This document shows positions 18,792 through 26,941 of a stretch of 64,000 nt of DNA, in pieces; within the stretch, counting starts at the first letter, position 1; the number at the start of each line of letters is the position of its first letter. A program made the translations under genes and the position numbers. A model generated the notes under the pieces. That model made no database searches. It was not told where the DNA came from and saw only the letters and a list, made by a program, of their open reading frames with translations. This DNA comes from an uncultured bacterium (GTDB taxonomy: Bacteria > Patescibacteriota > Minisyncoccia > Phycocordibacterales > PALSA-1337), in assembly GCA_963701025.1 (NCBI GenBank), contig OY969557.1, forward strand, positions 640,090 through 704,089, read 5' to 3'.

Positions 18792-19505
18792 ATGCAAATC
18801 GAATCAAAACAACAAATTCTCGCTCGACGGAAAGAGCTTGAGCAAGAGATCGTGGAGATGCTCGAAGAAACCGAGAGCAATTTCGAGCTTGCCGACGTGC
18901 TCGATGCCATATACGAGGAAGAGGAGAACGACGATATGACGAAGATCATAGCCATGTTCGACAATGGCGACATGAGCCAATTGAGCAATGTCCTTGAACT
19001 GGTTACCGATGCCTGGAATTATTTCCCCCATAAAGCTCTGGGCGGGATATCCCCGTCGGAGAAATCATTGGAATACGCAGAGAAGCATCCGACGAAGACA
19101 AAAAGCAAGAAAGGAGTGGATACCATGCCTCGCGTTTGCGTCGGCAACAGGGAGATGTCATGGGACGAGCATCAAGCCATGCTCAAGGAAATGGCAAGGG
19201 CTCAGGAACCATTCAAGAAGTGGATTTCTGGTGTGCTCGCGGATTACCGGTCGTTCTTGAAGCAGGAGAGATTGTCAGCCAAGATGGTTGATAAGCATTA
19301 CTTCATCGCCGAGACATTTTTCGACAGGGTTCTGTGGCTGGGCTGGGTGAATTTCGGAAGCATCAGAAAGGAATTCACTAGCGATGAGTTTCCAAAGTGG
19401 TGGAAGACGCATGTAGTCGCTTCTGGGATTGATGATTCGAAAGAAGTTAAAAATTCCGTGCGTAAACTGGTTGATTTTATAGAGGCTAAATATGTTGTTA
19501 AGTAG
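18792..19505 (+). CDS. hypothetical protein (acidic N-terminal coiled region)
   Basis: 237 aa ORF with good coding periodicity and no recognisable motif. Confidence 0.45.
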   Translation: MQIESKQQILARRKELEQEIVEMLEETESNFELADVLDAIYEEEENDDMTKIIAMFDNGDMSQLSNVLELVTDAWNYFPHKALGGISPSEKSLEYAEKHPTKTKSKKGVDTMPRVCVGNREMSWDEHQAMLKEMARAQEPFKKWISGVLADYRSFLKQERLSAKMVDKHYFIAETFFDRVLWLGWVNFGSIRKEFTSDEFPKWWKTHVVASGIDDSKEVKNSVRKLVDFIEAKYVVK

Positions 19506-19538
19506 CCGAAGTTGCCATAACTATCGTATAATAAATTT

Positions 19539-20183
19539 ATGAGCACCAACATCGATTATTGGGAAAAAGTCTTGGAAAATCCGACGCCTGACTTCAAGGC
19601 TCTTTTCGACGCGGAATTGACTTACATTCGGTCGCGCGTTCCGGGGAATTCCAAAGTTCTCGAGATCGGTTGCGGTAATGGCAGGAATATCAGGTCTATC
19701 GCCGAATTCACGAAGGACATCATCGGAATCGACAACGATCCGAAAGCGGTCGAAGACGCACAGAAGAACCTCGCCGGATTTTCAGGCGTAAAGATAATGC
19801 TGGCCGACGTTCTCGATCTGCCGTTCCCAGATAAATCTTTTGACGTCATGATATTCTTGGATACTCTGGTCAACATGAAAGAAAACAAAGTCCAAGCATT
19901 GAAGGAGATGAGCAGGGTGTTGACGGATGACGGCAAAATAATCATCAGCGTATATTCCGAGGACGCTTTCGATGCGCGCATGGACATTTACAAGATAGTG
20001 AATGCTCCCATAAACAAGACCGAAGGCACGAAAGTCACGTTCGACGAAAGTCTTGCGGCGAATGTATCGGAGCAGTTTAGCAAAGAAGATATAGAAGGTT
20101 TGGCCGATCAGTCTGGATTGAATCTTGTCGATTGTAAAAAAGTGCCAGGAATCGCGTATATTTGTACGCTAGCCAAAAAATAA
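19539..20183 (+). CDS. class I SAM-dependent methyltransferase
   Basis: Motif I VLEIGCGNGRN, motif II acidic IDNDP, motif post-I/III FDVMIF. 214 aa. Confidence 0.8.
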   Translation: MSTNIDYWEKVLENPTPDFKALFDAELTYIRSRVPGNSKVLEIGCGNGRNIRSIAEFTKDIIGIDNDPKAVEDAQKNLAGFSGVKIMLADVLDLPFPDKSFDVMIFLDTLVNMKENKVQALKEMSRVLTDDGKIIISVYSEDAFDARMDIYKIVNAPINKTEGTKVTFDESLAANVSEQFSKEDIEGLADQSGLNLVDCKKVPGIAYICTLAKK

Positions 20184-20246
20184 AACCCGCCTACGGTTAG
20201 AACGTAGTGCGGGTCGTGAATTTGCGTATTACTTCTGGGAACATGA

Positions 20247-20537
20247 TTATCCCCCAAGCTCACTTGCGGTCGGAATGCGCACCGGGAAGGCACATCCGCC
20301 CGGATTATCGCAGACCTTCTCGAAGTTATCGAAGGCAGCCTGCGATTTCGGACCAAGTTTGGTTCGTGCTGGTTTATTGAGTTTTTCGAGATCAGCGCCG
20401 AATTCCTCGATGATCGCCTTTCGCACCTGCTTGAAGCTTTCATTCAGGGCTGTTCGGCGTTCGGCCGTGTAGCCGAACATCATGCTCGAATATTGCTCCT
20501 GGTTTAATTTGATGCAGACGTCGCCTAAGGTAGACAT
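20247..20537 (-). CDS. hypothetical small protein, downstream of membrane transporter gene in same orientation
   Basis: 96 aa ORF, 28 nt after the stop of 20566..20973 on the same strand. Confidence 0.35.
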   Translation of the reverse strand: MSTLGDVCIKLNQEQYSSMMFGYTAERRTALNESFKQVRKAIIEEFGADLEKLNKPARTKLGPKSQAAFDNFEKVCDNPGGCAFPVRIPTASELGG

Positions 20538-20565
20538 AATTTTCTTTTTGTTTTTGGTTGCTTGT

Positions 20566-20973
20566 TTACCGTGTCAGTAATATCGCCGCGGTGAAAGCCA
20601 TGACGAAACCGATGATTTTTGAAGGACTCATACCTCCATTCATGATGGCATAATTCATCGCCGGTATAGTCGTCTGAACGACGATCATAATAACGAACAA
20701 CATGCCAACATTTTCTTTGGTAGCTTTCGCAAGCATACCATTGAAGAACAAAACACCAATAGCTCCAGCAATCCCGGCAGCCGCGACCATTTTCCAATTG
20801 ATTCCATCCATGCTTTTCAATCCGCCAAGAGCGAAAGGAAGGACACAGACAAAGACGATTAGAGAAAAAAAGGCCGATGATACATTTCCCGTCATTTTGC
20901 TCCGATTCATGAAGAGCGGCCATAGTCCAAAGAACACTCCGGCTAGGGCAGCTTTAATTTGCAAACTATTCAT
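20566..20973 (-). CDS. EamA-like / DMT-superfamily half-transporter (4 TM)
   Basis: 135 aa with four hydrophobic helices, Gly-rich TM segments, and DMT/EamA-like spacing. Confidence 0.55.
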   Translation of the reverse strand: MNSLQIKAALAGVFFGLWPLFMNRSKMTGNVSSAFFSLIVFVCVLPFALGGLKSMDGINWKMVAAAGIAGAIGVLFFNGMLAKATKENVGMLFVIMIVVQTTIPAMNYAIMNGGMSPSKIIGFVMAFTAAILLTR

Positions 20974-21010
20974 ATTATTTCCTTGGTTAAGGGTTTGTTG
21001 TCAAAGTTCA

Positions 21011-21076
21011 AACTCTCAGGATTCGCGACATCAGTGTCGTAAACCCAGTTAAGTGGGGAATATTGCTATTCCCCAT
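21011..21076 (-). promoter_or_regulatory. conserved structured 5' leader element, copy 1 (upstream of 20566..20973)
   Basis: Minus-strand transcript: hairpin GGGGAAUAGCAAUAUUCCCC, then CUUAACUGGGUUUACGACACUGAUGUCGCGAAUCCUGAGAGUU. Shares the core with copy 2 at 21577-21650. Confidence 0.45.
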
Positions 21077-21120
21077 GAGCGGTGTTTTGGTAGCCACTTC
21101 ACTACCGCCGGCAGTCAAGA

Positions 21121-21537
21121 CTAACCGGACTTATTCATGATGTAACTCTCGTCAGCCGCCGCATTGAGCTCGTAGGGAGTGTCGAAGAAGAAATCTCCTA
21201 GCTTCTGTCCCTTGACCCAGATTTGGCGTTGCCACGGTTGCTTCTGCACCAAGGCCTTCTCCTGTTCGATGATTCCTTCGTCGAGCGTTGTTTCCTGGTG
21301 ACCGACGATGCGGACGAACCGGAACAGCTTCTTCTCCTTGCCCCAAGGGTCCGGTATTCCGGCTTCCTCGGGAGCGATAATGTAGATGAAGTATTTGGCG
21401 CTCGGCTCGGTGGGTTTGTTTTCCCACCAAGGAACGTCTTGTTCTCCGGCTACACGGATCAGGAGTTGTTTGTTCTGGGCAGTTTGTTGCTTGTCCATTC
21501 CGCGACCATGCGCTCTGATGATTGGCAATCGATTCAT
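21121..21537 (-). CDS. hypothetical protein
   Basis: 138 aa ORF, same strand as and immediately upstream of the EamA-like gene. Each has its own copy of the conserved leader. Confidence 0.45.
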   Translation of the reverse strand: MNRLPIIRAHGRGMDKQQTAQNKQLLIRVAGEQDVPWWENKPTEPSAKYFIYIIAPEEAGIPDPWGKEKKLFRFVRIVGHQETTLDEGIIEQEKALVQKQPWQRQIWVKGQKLGDFFFDTPYELNAAADESYIMNKSG

Positions 21538-21576
21538 TGGTATCTCCTATGGTTGAATTGTTGACTCAAAGAACTG

Positions 21577-21650
21577 AACTCTCAGGATTCGCGACTGAAG
21601 TGTCGTAAATCCAGTTGAGTCGGGAAACGCTGTTTTGAGGCGTTTCCCGA
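21577..21650 (-). promoter_or_regulatory. conserved structured 5' leader element, copy 2 (upstream of 21121..21537)
   Basis: Minus-strand transcript: hairpin UCGGGAAACGC-CUCAAAACA-GCGUUUCCCGA, then CUCAACUGGAUUUACGACACUUCAGUCGCGAAUCCUGAGAGUU. The inner stem CGAC/GUCG has compensatory loop changes relative to copy 1. Confidence 0.45.
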
Positions 21651-21671
21651 TTGAAGCTTACACATCAGCGA

Positions 21672-22067
21672 TCACTTCCGGATGGCGAGTATCGCCCGAT
21701 CATTGTATTCCGATTGGCCGACGGTGGTGGTCGAGTTGGCATGCCATGCTTGGACAAGCCTGACCATCGTGCCGTTGGTTATCGTGTTGTCCGTCGTCAC
21801 CGCGTAGCGAGCATAGCTGTTCGCGTCGGTGGCTTTCGGCGACATGACCCGGACGAGGCTCACACCCTTGCTGTTGGTGATGACCAATGTCACCATCCAA
21901 TCGCCTTCGTCTTTGATGCTCGCGCTCATGGATGCAATATTGTCTTCGGATGTGAATCCGGCCGGTAACGGCGTTCTCGCGCCGACGACTACCGCATAGA
22001 TGACGGCACCGATGACGATATTGATAAGGACGAGCACTACTGCGACTCTAATCATTTCACGTTTCAT
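21672..22067 (-). CDS. hypothetical exported/signal-anchored protein
   Basis: N-terminal hydrophobic helix (IRVAVVLVLINIVIGAVIYAVVV), 131 aa. Confidence 0.45.
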   Translation of the reverse strand: MKREMIRVAVVLVLINIVIGAVIYAVVVGARTPLPAGFTSEDNIASMSASIKDEGDWMVTLVITNSKGVSLVRVMSPKATDANSYARYAVTTDNTITNGTMVRLVQAWHANSTTTVGQSEYNDRAILAIRK

Positions 22068-22373
22068 AGTTTTTCTCCATTTGATTGTTTACTGCAGTTG
22101 CGATTCCCTAAGTTAAATTGTTTGCCTAAATGGGGAACCGATTTCTACAGTAAACAGAAGTGATTACCTTTTAAAGAGCTTACCTGTTAAGTATAGCATA
22201 CCACAACATAAAAGTCAATAGCTGTCCAATTTTCTAGTGGCTCTACCAAGCCATGGAAATAGACCGAATCTAAGCCAAATTAAAGAGTTTGTGGCTCACC
22301 GGAATCAGTCTGTGGCTCAATCCAACCGTTTGAGGCACAAGGATTTAAACGCTGACAGTGATAGAATGACTAA

Positions 22374-22964
22374 ATGGACGATGAAAACACTCAAAATGTG
22401 CCAGCTCCAGAACCGTCTACGCCTGGGCCTGAACCTGCTCCGGAGGAGTCTGTTGCAGCAATAATTCCTGAACCAGTGACACCTTCAGAGCAATCAGCGG
22501 CTGAAAGTACTTCTGTTGACCCGGTGGCGCAGGCGGAGCCTGTGACTGAACCAGTGCCAATCACTGAACCAACATCTGATCAAGAATCAACTCCTGTGTC
22601 CGCGCCGGCGGCACAAACGCCGACGGAGCCGTGGACGCAATCGCCGGCGCAATCGCCACAAGCTCCGATATCTGCGCCGTCAACGCCAGTAGTACCTCAA
22701 ACTCCACCAACTTTCACTCAATCAACTCAATTTCGTGACATCCAAGCTCATGGACGCATTAAAATCCAAGAGCACAGACAGAATAAGTTAGAAAAGATCA
22801 TCGAATATGCGCAGAAGAAGCAAACCATCACCAACGACGAAGTCCAGAAGCTCGTGCGCGTCTCCGACGCTACAGCCACCAGATATTTGGTCGATTTAGT
22901 AAAGCAAGGTCGTCTGGTCCGTGAAGGATCCCCGCGACATGCGATATATCGATTTGTGCGCTGA
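22374..22964 (+). CDS. Pro/Thr/Glu-rich low-complexity protein with C-terminal winged-helix DNA-binding domain
   Basis: First 120 aa are PEPxP/T-rich. The last 60 aa (ITNDEVQKLVRVSDATATRYLVDLVKQGRLVREG) resemble a wHTH. Flanked on both sides by GTGGCTCAATCCAACCG-ATTGAGCCAC hairpin motifs. Confidence 0.5.
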   Translation: MDDENTQNVPAPEPSTPGPEPAPEESVAAIIPEPVTPSEQSAAESTSVDPVAQAEPVTEPVPITEPTSDQESTPVSAPAAQTPTEPWTQSPAQSPQAPISAPSTPVVPQTPPTFTQSTQFRDIQAHGRIKIQEHRQNKLEKIIEYAQKKQTITNDEVQKLVRVSDATATRYLVDLVKQGRLVREGSPRHAIYRFVR

Positions 22965-23009
22965 TTAGGTCTTGTGGCTCAATCCAACCGATTGAGCCAC
23001 AGTGATCTT

Positions 23010-23400
23010 GAGAAGCGGTCGACTTCCGCTTCTTCCGTCAATCGTTATTCGCGTCCGGCGGAACGTCGGTGCGGCGGAATGCAATGAAGCCGCACGGACT
23101 GACGCAAGGACGCGCCACAGAACTCTCTGAAGCGGAAGTGGGCCGCTTCGACTATGTGACGATTGTGATTATGCTATGATTTCCATATCGAACCCGCCCC
23201 CGCCCGAAAAAACCGGCACGGCGGCGCGCGAAAACGAAGAGGAAGGGCGGACGGAGTCCTTCCCCCACACCCCCAGTCCTCCGTCCGCCCTTTCACCGCG
23301 CCGAGCAGAGCGAAGGCGCAACCATTCATGTCGGATTTTCGGCGAAAAAGGTTCGAACTTTGTTCAGGAATCGGCACAAGTATTTGTGAGCTATAATCAG
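23010..23400. repeat. composite GC-rich structured repeat, copy C (modules H + inverted P2)
   Basis: H module at 23010-23151 has the same terminal hairpins and conserved core CGCGYCCGGCGGA..GTCGGTGCGGCGGA as copy B. Region 23171-23395 is the reverse complement of P2 (14100-14290) at about 98% identity. It overlaps the 5' part of ORF 23176..23658 as annotated. Confidence 0.6.
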
Positions 23401-23403
23401 GCC

Positions 23404-23962
23404 ATGCTCTATACCCGCAAAGGCGACTCCGGCACGACCAAGGATTTTAAATCCGGTCCTGGCGTGCGCAAATCGAAAAGCTCCTGTCAGACGGAAGCTC
23501 TTGGCGCACTGGACGAGCTCAATTCTTTTTTAGGCTTGGTGAAAGTAAAGTGCGCGGAAATTCCCCGGACTATAAGCGGTAAAAAGTTCAGCGATATCGT
23601 CTTTCTGGGCGCAAAATTGCCTCTTCTCCATTCAGGCGGAGATAGCCGGAGCCGATAAGAGGGTGGGGCAGGCGAAAGTCACGGAAATGGAAGGTTGGAT
23701 CGACGCGGCGGAAAAGGAACTGCCACCGATCAAGACATTCTTCATATCAGGCGGCACTGAATTGGCAGCGCTCTTCGATATCTCCCGCACCTTGGCCCGC
23801 GCGGCCGAGCGCCGCGTCGTGGCCGGCACCGACAGCGGCGAGCTTTCGGTCGACCCCGCCACTCTCGCGTTCATGAACCGCCTATCTTCGCTGTTCTACG
23901 CCCTGGCTCGACTAACTAACCACAAATCTGGTATAACTGAACAGCCGCCGACGTATCAGTAG
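23404..23962 (+). pseudogene. PduO-type ATP:cob(I)alamin adenosyltransferase, apparent +1 frameshift
   Basis: N-terminal YTRKGDSGTT...EALGALDELNSFLGL (PduO/MMAB signature) is in frame 1, from 23404. C-terminal MEGWIDAAEKELPPIKTFFISGG...LARAAERRVV...NRLSSLFYALAR is in frame 2 (23663..23962). The switch lies near 23580-23600, next to an A5 run. Confidence 0.7.
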
Positions 23963-23981
23963 ATCACGGCGGCTACAATAT

Positions 23982-24053
23982 GGTGACTATAGTTTAGTGG
24001 CAAAACTCCTCTCTGTGGCAGAGGCGTCGCGAGTCCGATTCTCGCTAGTCACC
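23982..24053 (+). tRNA. tRNA-His (anticodon GTG) with encoded G-1
   Basis: G-1 then GTGACTA TA GTTT AGTGGCA AAAC T CCTCT CTGTGGC AGAGG ... GCGAG TCCGATT CTCGC TAGTCAC C. Extra 5' G and C73 are the His identity elements. Confidence 0.85.
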
Positions 24054-24175
24054 CAATTCTCGAGTTTAAAATATTCAAATAAAAACGTTAAAAAGAAGCA
24101 TTTTATGCCGTATCTTCACGATTATCCTTGTAAAACAGTGAAAATTGAGCTTTTTATAGCTTATTTCACTGATAT

Positions 24176-24204
24176 TTGACAATAAGTGGTGAAAAGACTA
24201 TAAT
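24176..24204 (+). promoter_or_regulatory. sigma70-type promoter for fic gene (consensus -35 and -10)
   Basis: TTGACA (24176-24181), 17-nt spacer, TATAAT (24199-24204), 25 nt upstream of the ATG, in an AT-rich intergenic stretch. Confidence 0.55.
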
Positions 24205-24228
24205 GGCCAGTAAGTTTTAATATAAAAC

Positions 24229-25131
24229 ATGGCTACCACTAAACCAATCAAAGAGAGGCTCCAAGACCTCAAGAAGGAATATGACACTCTTCGCCAAGGC
24301 AAGGAGTCGCTTTTAGTGCTTGTTGATGAGGCTGAAGTAGCAGAGGCGGTCTATAACTCGAATGCGATCGAAAACTCAACCCTTACCCTTAAGGAAACGG
24401 AGAAGATTCTCTTGGAGATGGAAGTTGCTCGAGATGTGTCGGTCCGGGAAGTATTCGAAGCAAAGAATCTTGCGCGTGTTGTTGCTTACATCAGGACTAA
24501 AGCACAAGAGTCTGAAATAAATAAAGAGACGATTTTACTTCTCCATAAAATGCTTATCGGTGGCATCGATGACGGCATTGCCGGACGCTTTAGAAAAATT
24601 GGTGAATACGTAAGAGTGGGGACTCATGTTGCTCCTGCGCCAGAACACGTCGAAAGAATGATCGAGGCGGCACTTCTTGAATACACTGCACACCTCGGTG
24701 ATTATTTCGTAGACAAGATTTCAAAGTTTCATCTCGAGTTTGAAACAATCCATCCATTCAACGATGGCAACGGTCGTATTGGTCGTGTCTTGATTAGCTA
24801 CCAATTCCAGCGTCTTGGCTTTCCCGGAATCATAATTCGTGACAAAGAAAAGAAGGATTACTACAGTACCTTTGCCGAATACCGTGACAAGAAGACAGCA
24901 AAAAAGATGGAGAAGATTCTCGCGCTCTCACTTATGGAGTCTCTACACAAGCGAATGACATACCTCAAGGGTGAGAAGATCATTCCTCTTTCGGATTATG
25001 TAAAACAGAATTATAAATCCGGTCCAGCTCTTGCTAACGCGGCACGTCGGCAGAAGATTCCTGCCTTCAGGGAGAAGGGGGTATGGAAGATTGCGGAGAA
25101 TTTTATATATGAAGGCGCAACGCAAAAATAA
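24229..25131 (+). CDS. Fic family protein (AMPylation/adenylyltransferase-type Fic domain)
   Basis: Fic motif HPFNDGNGRIGR (HPFx[DE]GNGRxxR), about 300 aa. Confidence 0.85.
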   Translation: MATTKPIKERLQDLKKEYDTLRQGKESLLVLVDEAEVAEAVYNSNAIENSTLTLKETEKILLEMEVARDVSVREVFEAKNLARVVAYIRTKAQESEINKETILLLHKMLIGGIDDGIAGRFRKIGEYVRVGTHVAPAPEHVERMIEAALLEYTAHLGDYFVDKISKFHLEFETIHPFNDGNGRIGRVLISYQFQRLGFPGIIIRDKEKKDYYSTFAEYRDKKTAKKMEKILALSLMESLHKRMTYLKGEKIIPLSDYVKQNYKSGPALANAARRQKIPAFREKGVWKIAENFIYEGATQK

Positions 25132-25938
25132 ACCTATGGATAAAGACTATTCGCAATTCTCAAAAGAGGAGCTTCTCCCGTCCGAAATAAAAAATGCGCA
25201 TTGTTTTTACAGTGCGCACATCGGCAAGACGAACTTCGCTGGATCTATGTCGCCTTTTTGACCAAATCGAGGTTTTCAAGATTCCAGTAGGGATAGCTCG
25301 ACTTGCCCTTGTGCTTGCCCGTTCTGTTTCTTACGGCGACAGCGACGCAGCAACTATGTGAGGGTAGAAGTTCACCATTACGCCCCCTGACAATGCCGAA
25401 CATGCCAGAAATACGATTGCGAACCTCCATACCAGGTTTCAATTTACCTTTTCTTACCATAATCATCCTTTGGTTAGAACTATTCGCACCTAATAATACC
25501 ATGTAAGAGAAGCATTTTGAGCTCAAACCTGATATACTTCAGGCATGATAAAAAGCAAAAGACAATTGGAGTTGGCCCTTAGTTTTTGGATAGGGATCGG
25601 CTTGATGAGCATAATAAATATTTGGAAGATCGATTACGATCAGCACGCGTCTTCATATTCTTGGATCATGTTCTGGGTTTCTGTTATTTTCATGATTGTA
25701 TGCGTGATCTTGATAAAATTTAAAAAATATCATGCAGAATAAAAGGCCTCTGTACGTATATGTGATCGCGGTAGCCGTCGTATGGGCGATCATACTCGGC
25801 ACCATGTGGGCATTGGGCCACACCGACACTTTCTACTCGGCTGTCTCGGTATGCGGAGGCTTTGCCCTCGGGATGCTGGCCATGTACATAGCCGTGCATA
25901 TCTACCGGTGGAAATAGGGTGGATCGTCTTGCGACCTC

Positions 25939-26088
25939 TTATAGGACCTTCTGCCCCCTGATGAGCCGCACTAGGATCATGATGATAGCCACGACCAGCA
26001 GGATGTGAATAAACCCACCCAAGGTATAAGAGGTGACGACACCTATGAGCCAGAGAACGATGAGGATGACCGCGATGGTTGTGAGCAT
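25939..26088 (-). CDS. DUF3309-like (lmo0937-family) 49-aa membrane peptide, not in ORF track (<60 aa)
   Basis: Reverse-complement translation MLTTIAVILIVLWLIGVVTSYTLGGFIHILLVVAIIMILVRLIRGQKVL. Two TM hairpins typical of this small-protein family. Confidence 0.45.
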   Translation of the reverse strand: MLTTIAVILIVLWLIGVVTSYTLGGFIHILLVVAIIMILVRLIRGQKVL

Positions 26089-26102
26089 GTGCGTATTGGT
26101 TA

Positions 26103-26513
26103 ATGGGTAATGGGGTAATTATACTACAAGACGGCGCGGGAATGATCGTATTACAGATTCGGTGGTATACTAGCCCCATGATCGCGCTTGGACAGGAACA
26201 GCATTTGGGTAGGAGGACATTCATGCTTTTGCTGTCGCGCAAGGCCGCGACGGGCATAGTCCTCTTGGCGGCGGCGCTTTTCCTGCTGGTCTTGCAGAGC
26301 TCGCTCGCTCTGGGCATCGCCGGTGCCATGTCCTTAGGCGGGCCCATCAGCCGTTCCTTGGCTGATAACATATCAGGCGGCATCTCCTATATTGGCCTCC
26401 TGGTATTTCTCGTCGGCATCATCGCTTTTCTCATAGGCTTCATAGTGACCTTGCTCGAGTATCGCAATTACACTTTTACCCTGTCCTTGATGATTGCAAT
26501 CGGGCCAGAATAA
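26103..26513 (+). CDS. hypothetical membrane protein (likely starts at internal Met about 26223)
   Basis: Three or four TM helices. Last GC-rich gene before the AT-rich region begins at about 26515. Confidence 0.4.
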   Translation: MGNGVIILQDGAGMIVLQIRWYTSPMIALGQEQHLGRRTFMLLLSRKAATGIVLLAAALFLLVLQSSLALGIAGAMSLGGPISRSLADNISGGISYIGLLVFLVGIIAFLIGFIVTLLEYRNYTFTLSLMIAIGPE

Positions 26514-26930
26514 ATCTCCCTTACGAAATTCATCGTAATTAAAAAGTAATGAAGGATCACGGACGGGGGTATTATCGGCGTCCAAAAATAAAACTTCTTC
26601 AAACGACGAATGAAGAATTGCGAAAGCTGATTTTCCATAATCCGTTGAGGGTTCTATGGCGATGCTTCTTTCTGACTTCATAAGAATCGATAAATTCTAC
26701 ATCTAAATCACGACAAATTTCTATGAAAAGAGCATCATATTCCTTCTCTCCGAGATAGAAACATTGGATAGGCAATTTACAGCCGTGAAATCGTAATTGT
26801 TTGAATAAAACGTACGAGACTTGGGAACCATTTTAGACCTCCTCCGCTGGTTACAATTCCTCTACCTTTGTAAGTATCTGGATAGTCTGAGATGGAATTC
26901 ACGAACTCTTTAAGATTGGGAGGTGTCATA
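26373..26930 (-). pseudogene. GT-A fold glycosyltransferase (DxD, mannosyl/galactosyl-transferase-like), split between frames
   Basis: Reverse-complement frames give an N-terminal GRGIVTSGGGLKWFPSLVRFIQTIRFHGCKLPI (about 26600-26930) and a DxD segment VLFLDADNTPVRDPSLLFNYDEFRKGDLFWPD (ORF 26373..26681). Confidence 0.4.
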
Positions 26931-26941
26931 ACTTAAATGAG

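Noticed and set aside
25790-26383. 197-aa minus-strand ORF 25790..26383
   Set aside because: It is antisense to the small membrane-protein genes in GC-rich DNA, with Arg/Pro-rich low-complexity translation. Only the short DUF3309-like ORF within this span (25939..26088) is considered plausible.
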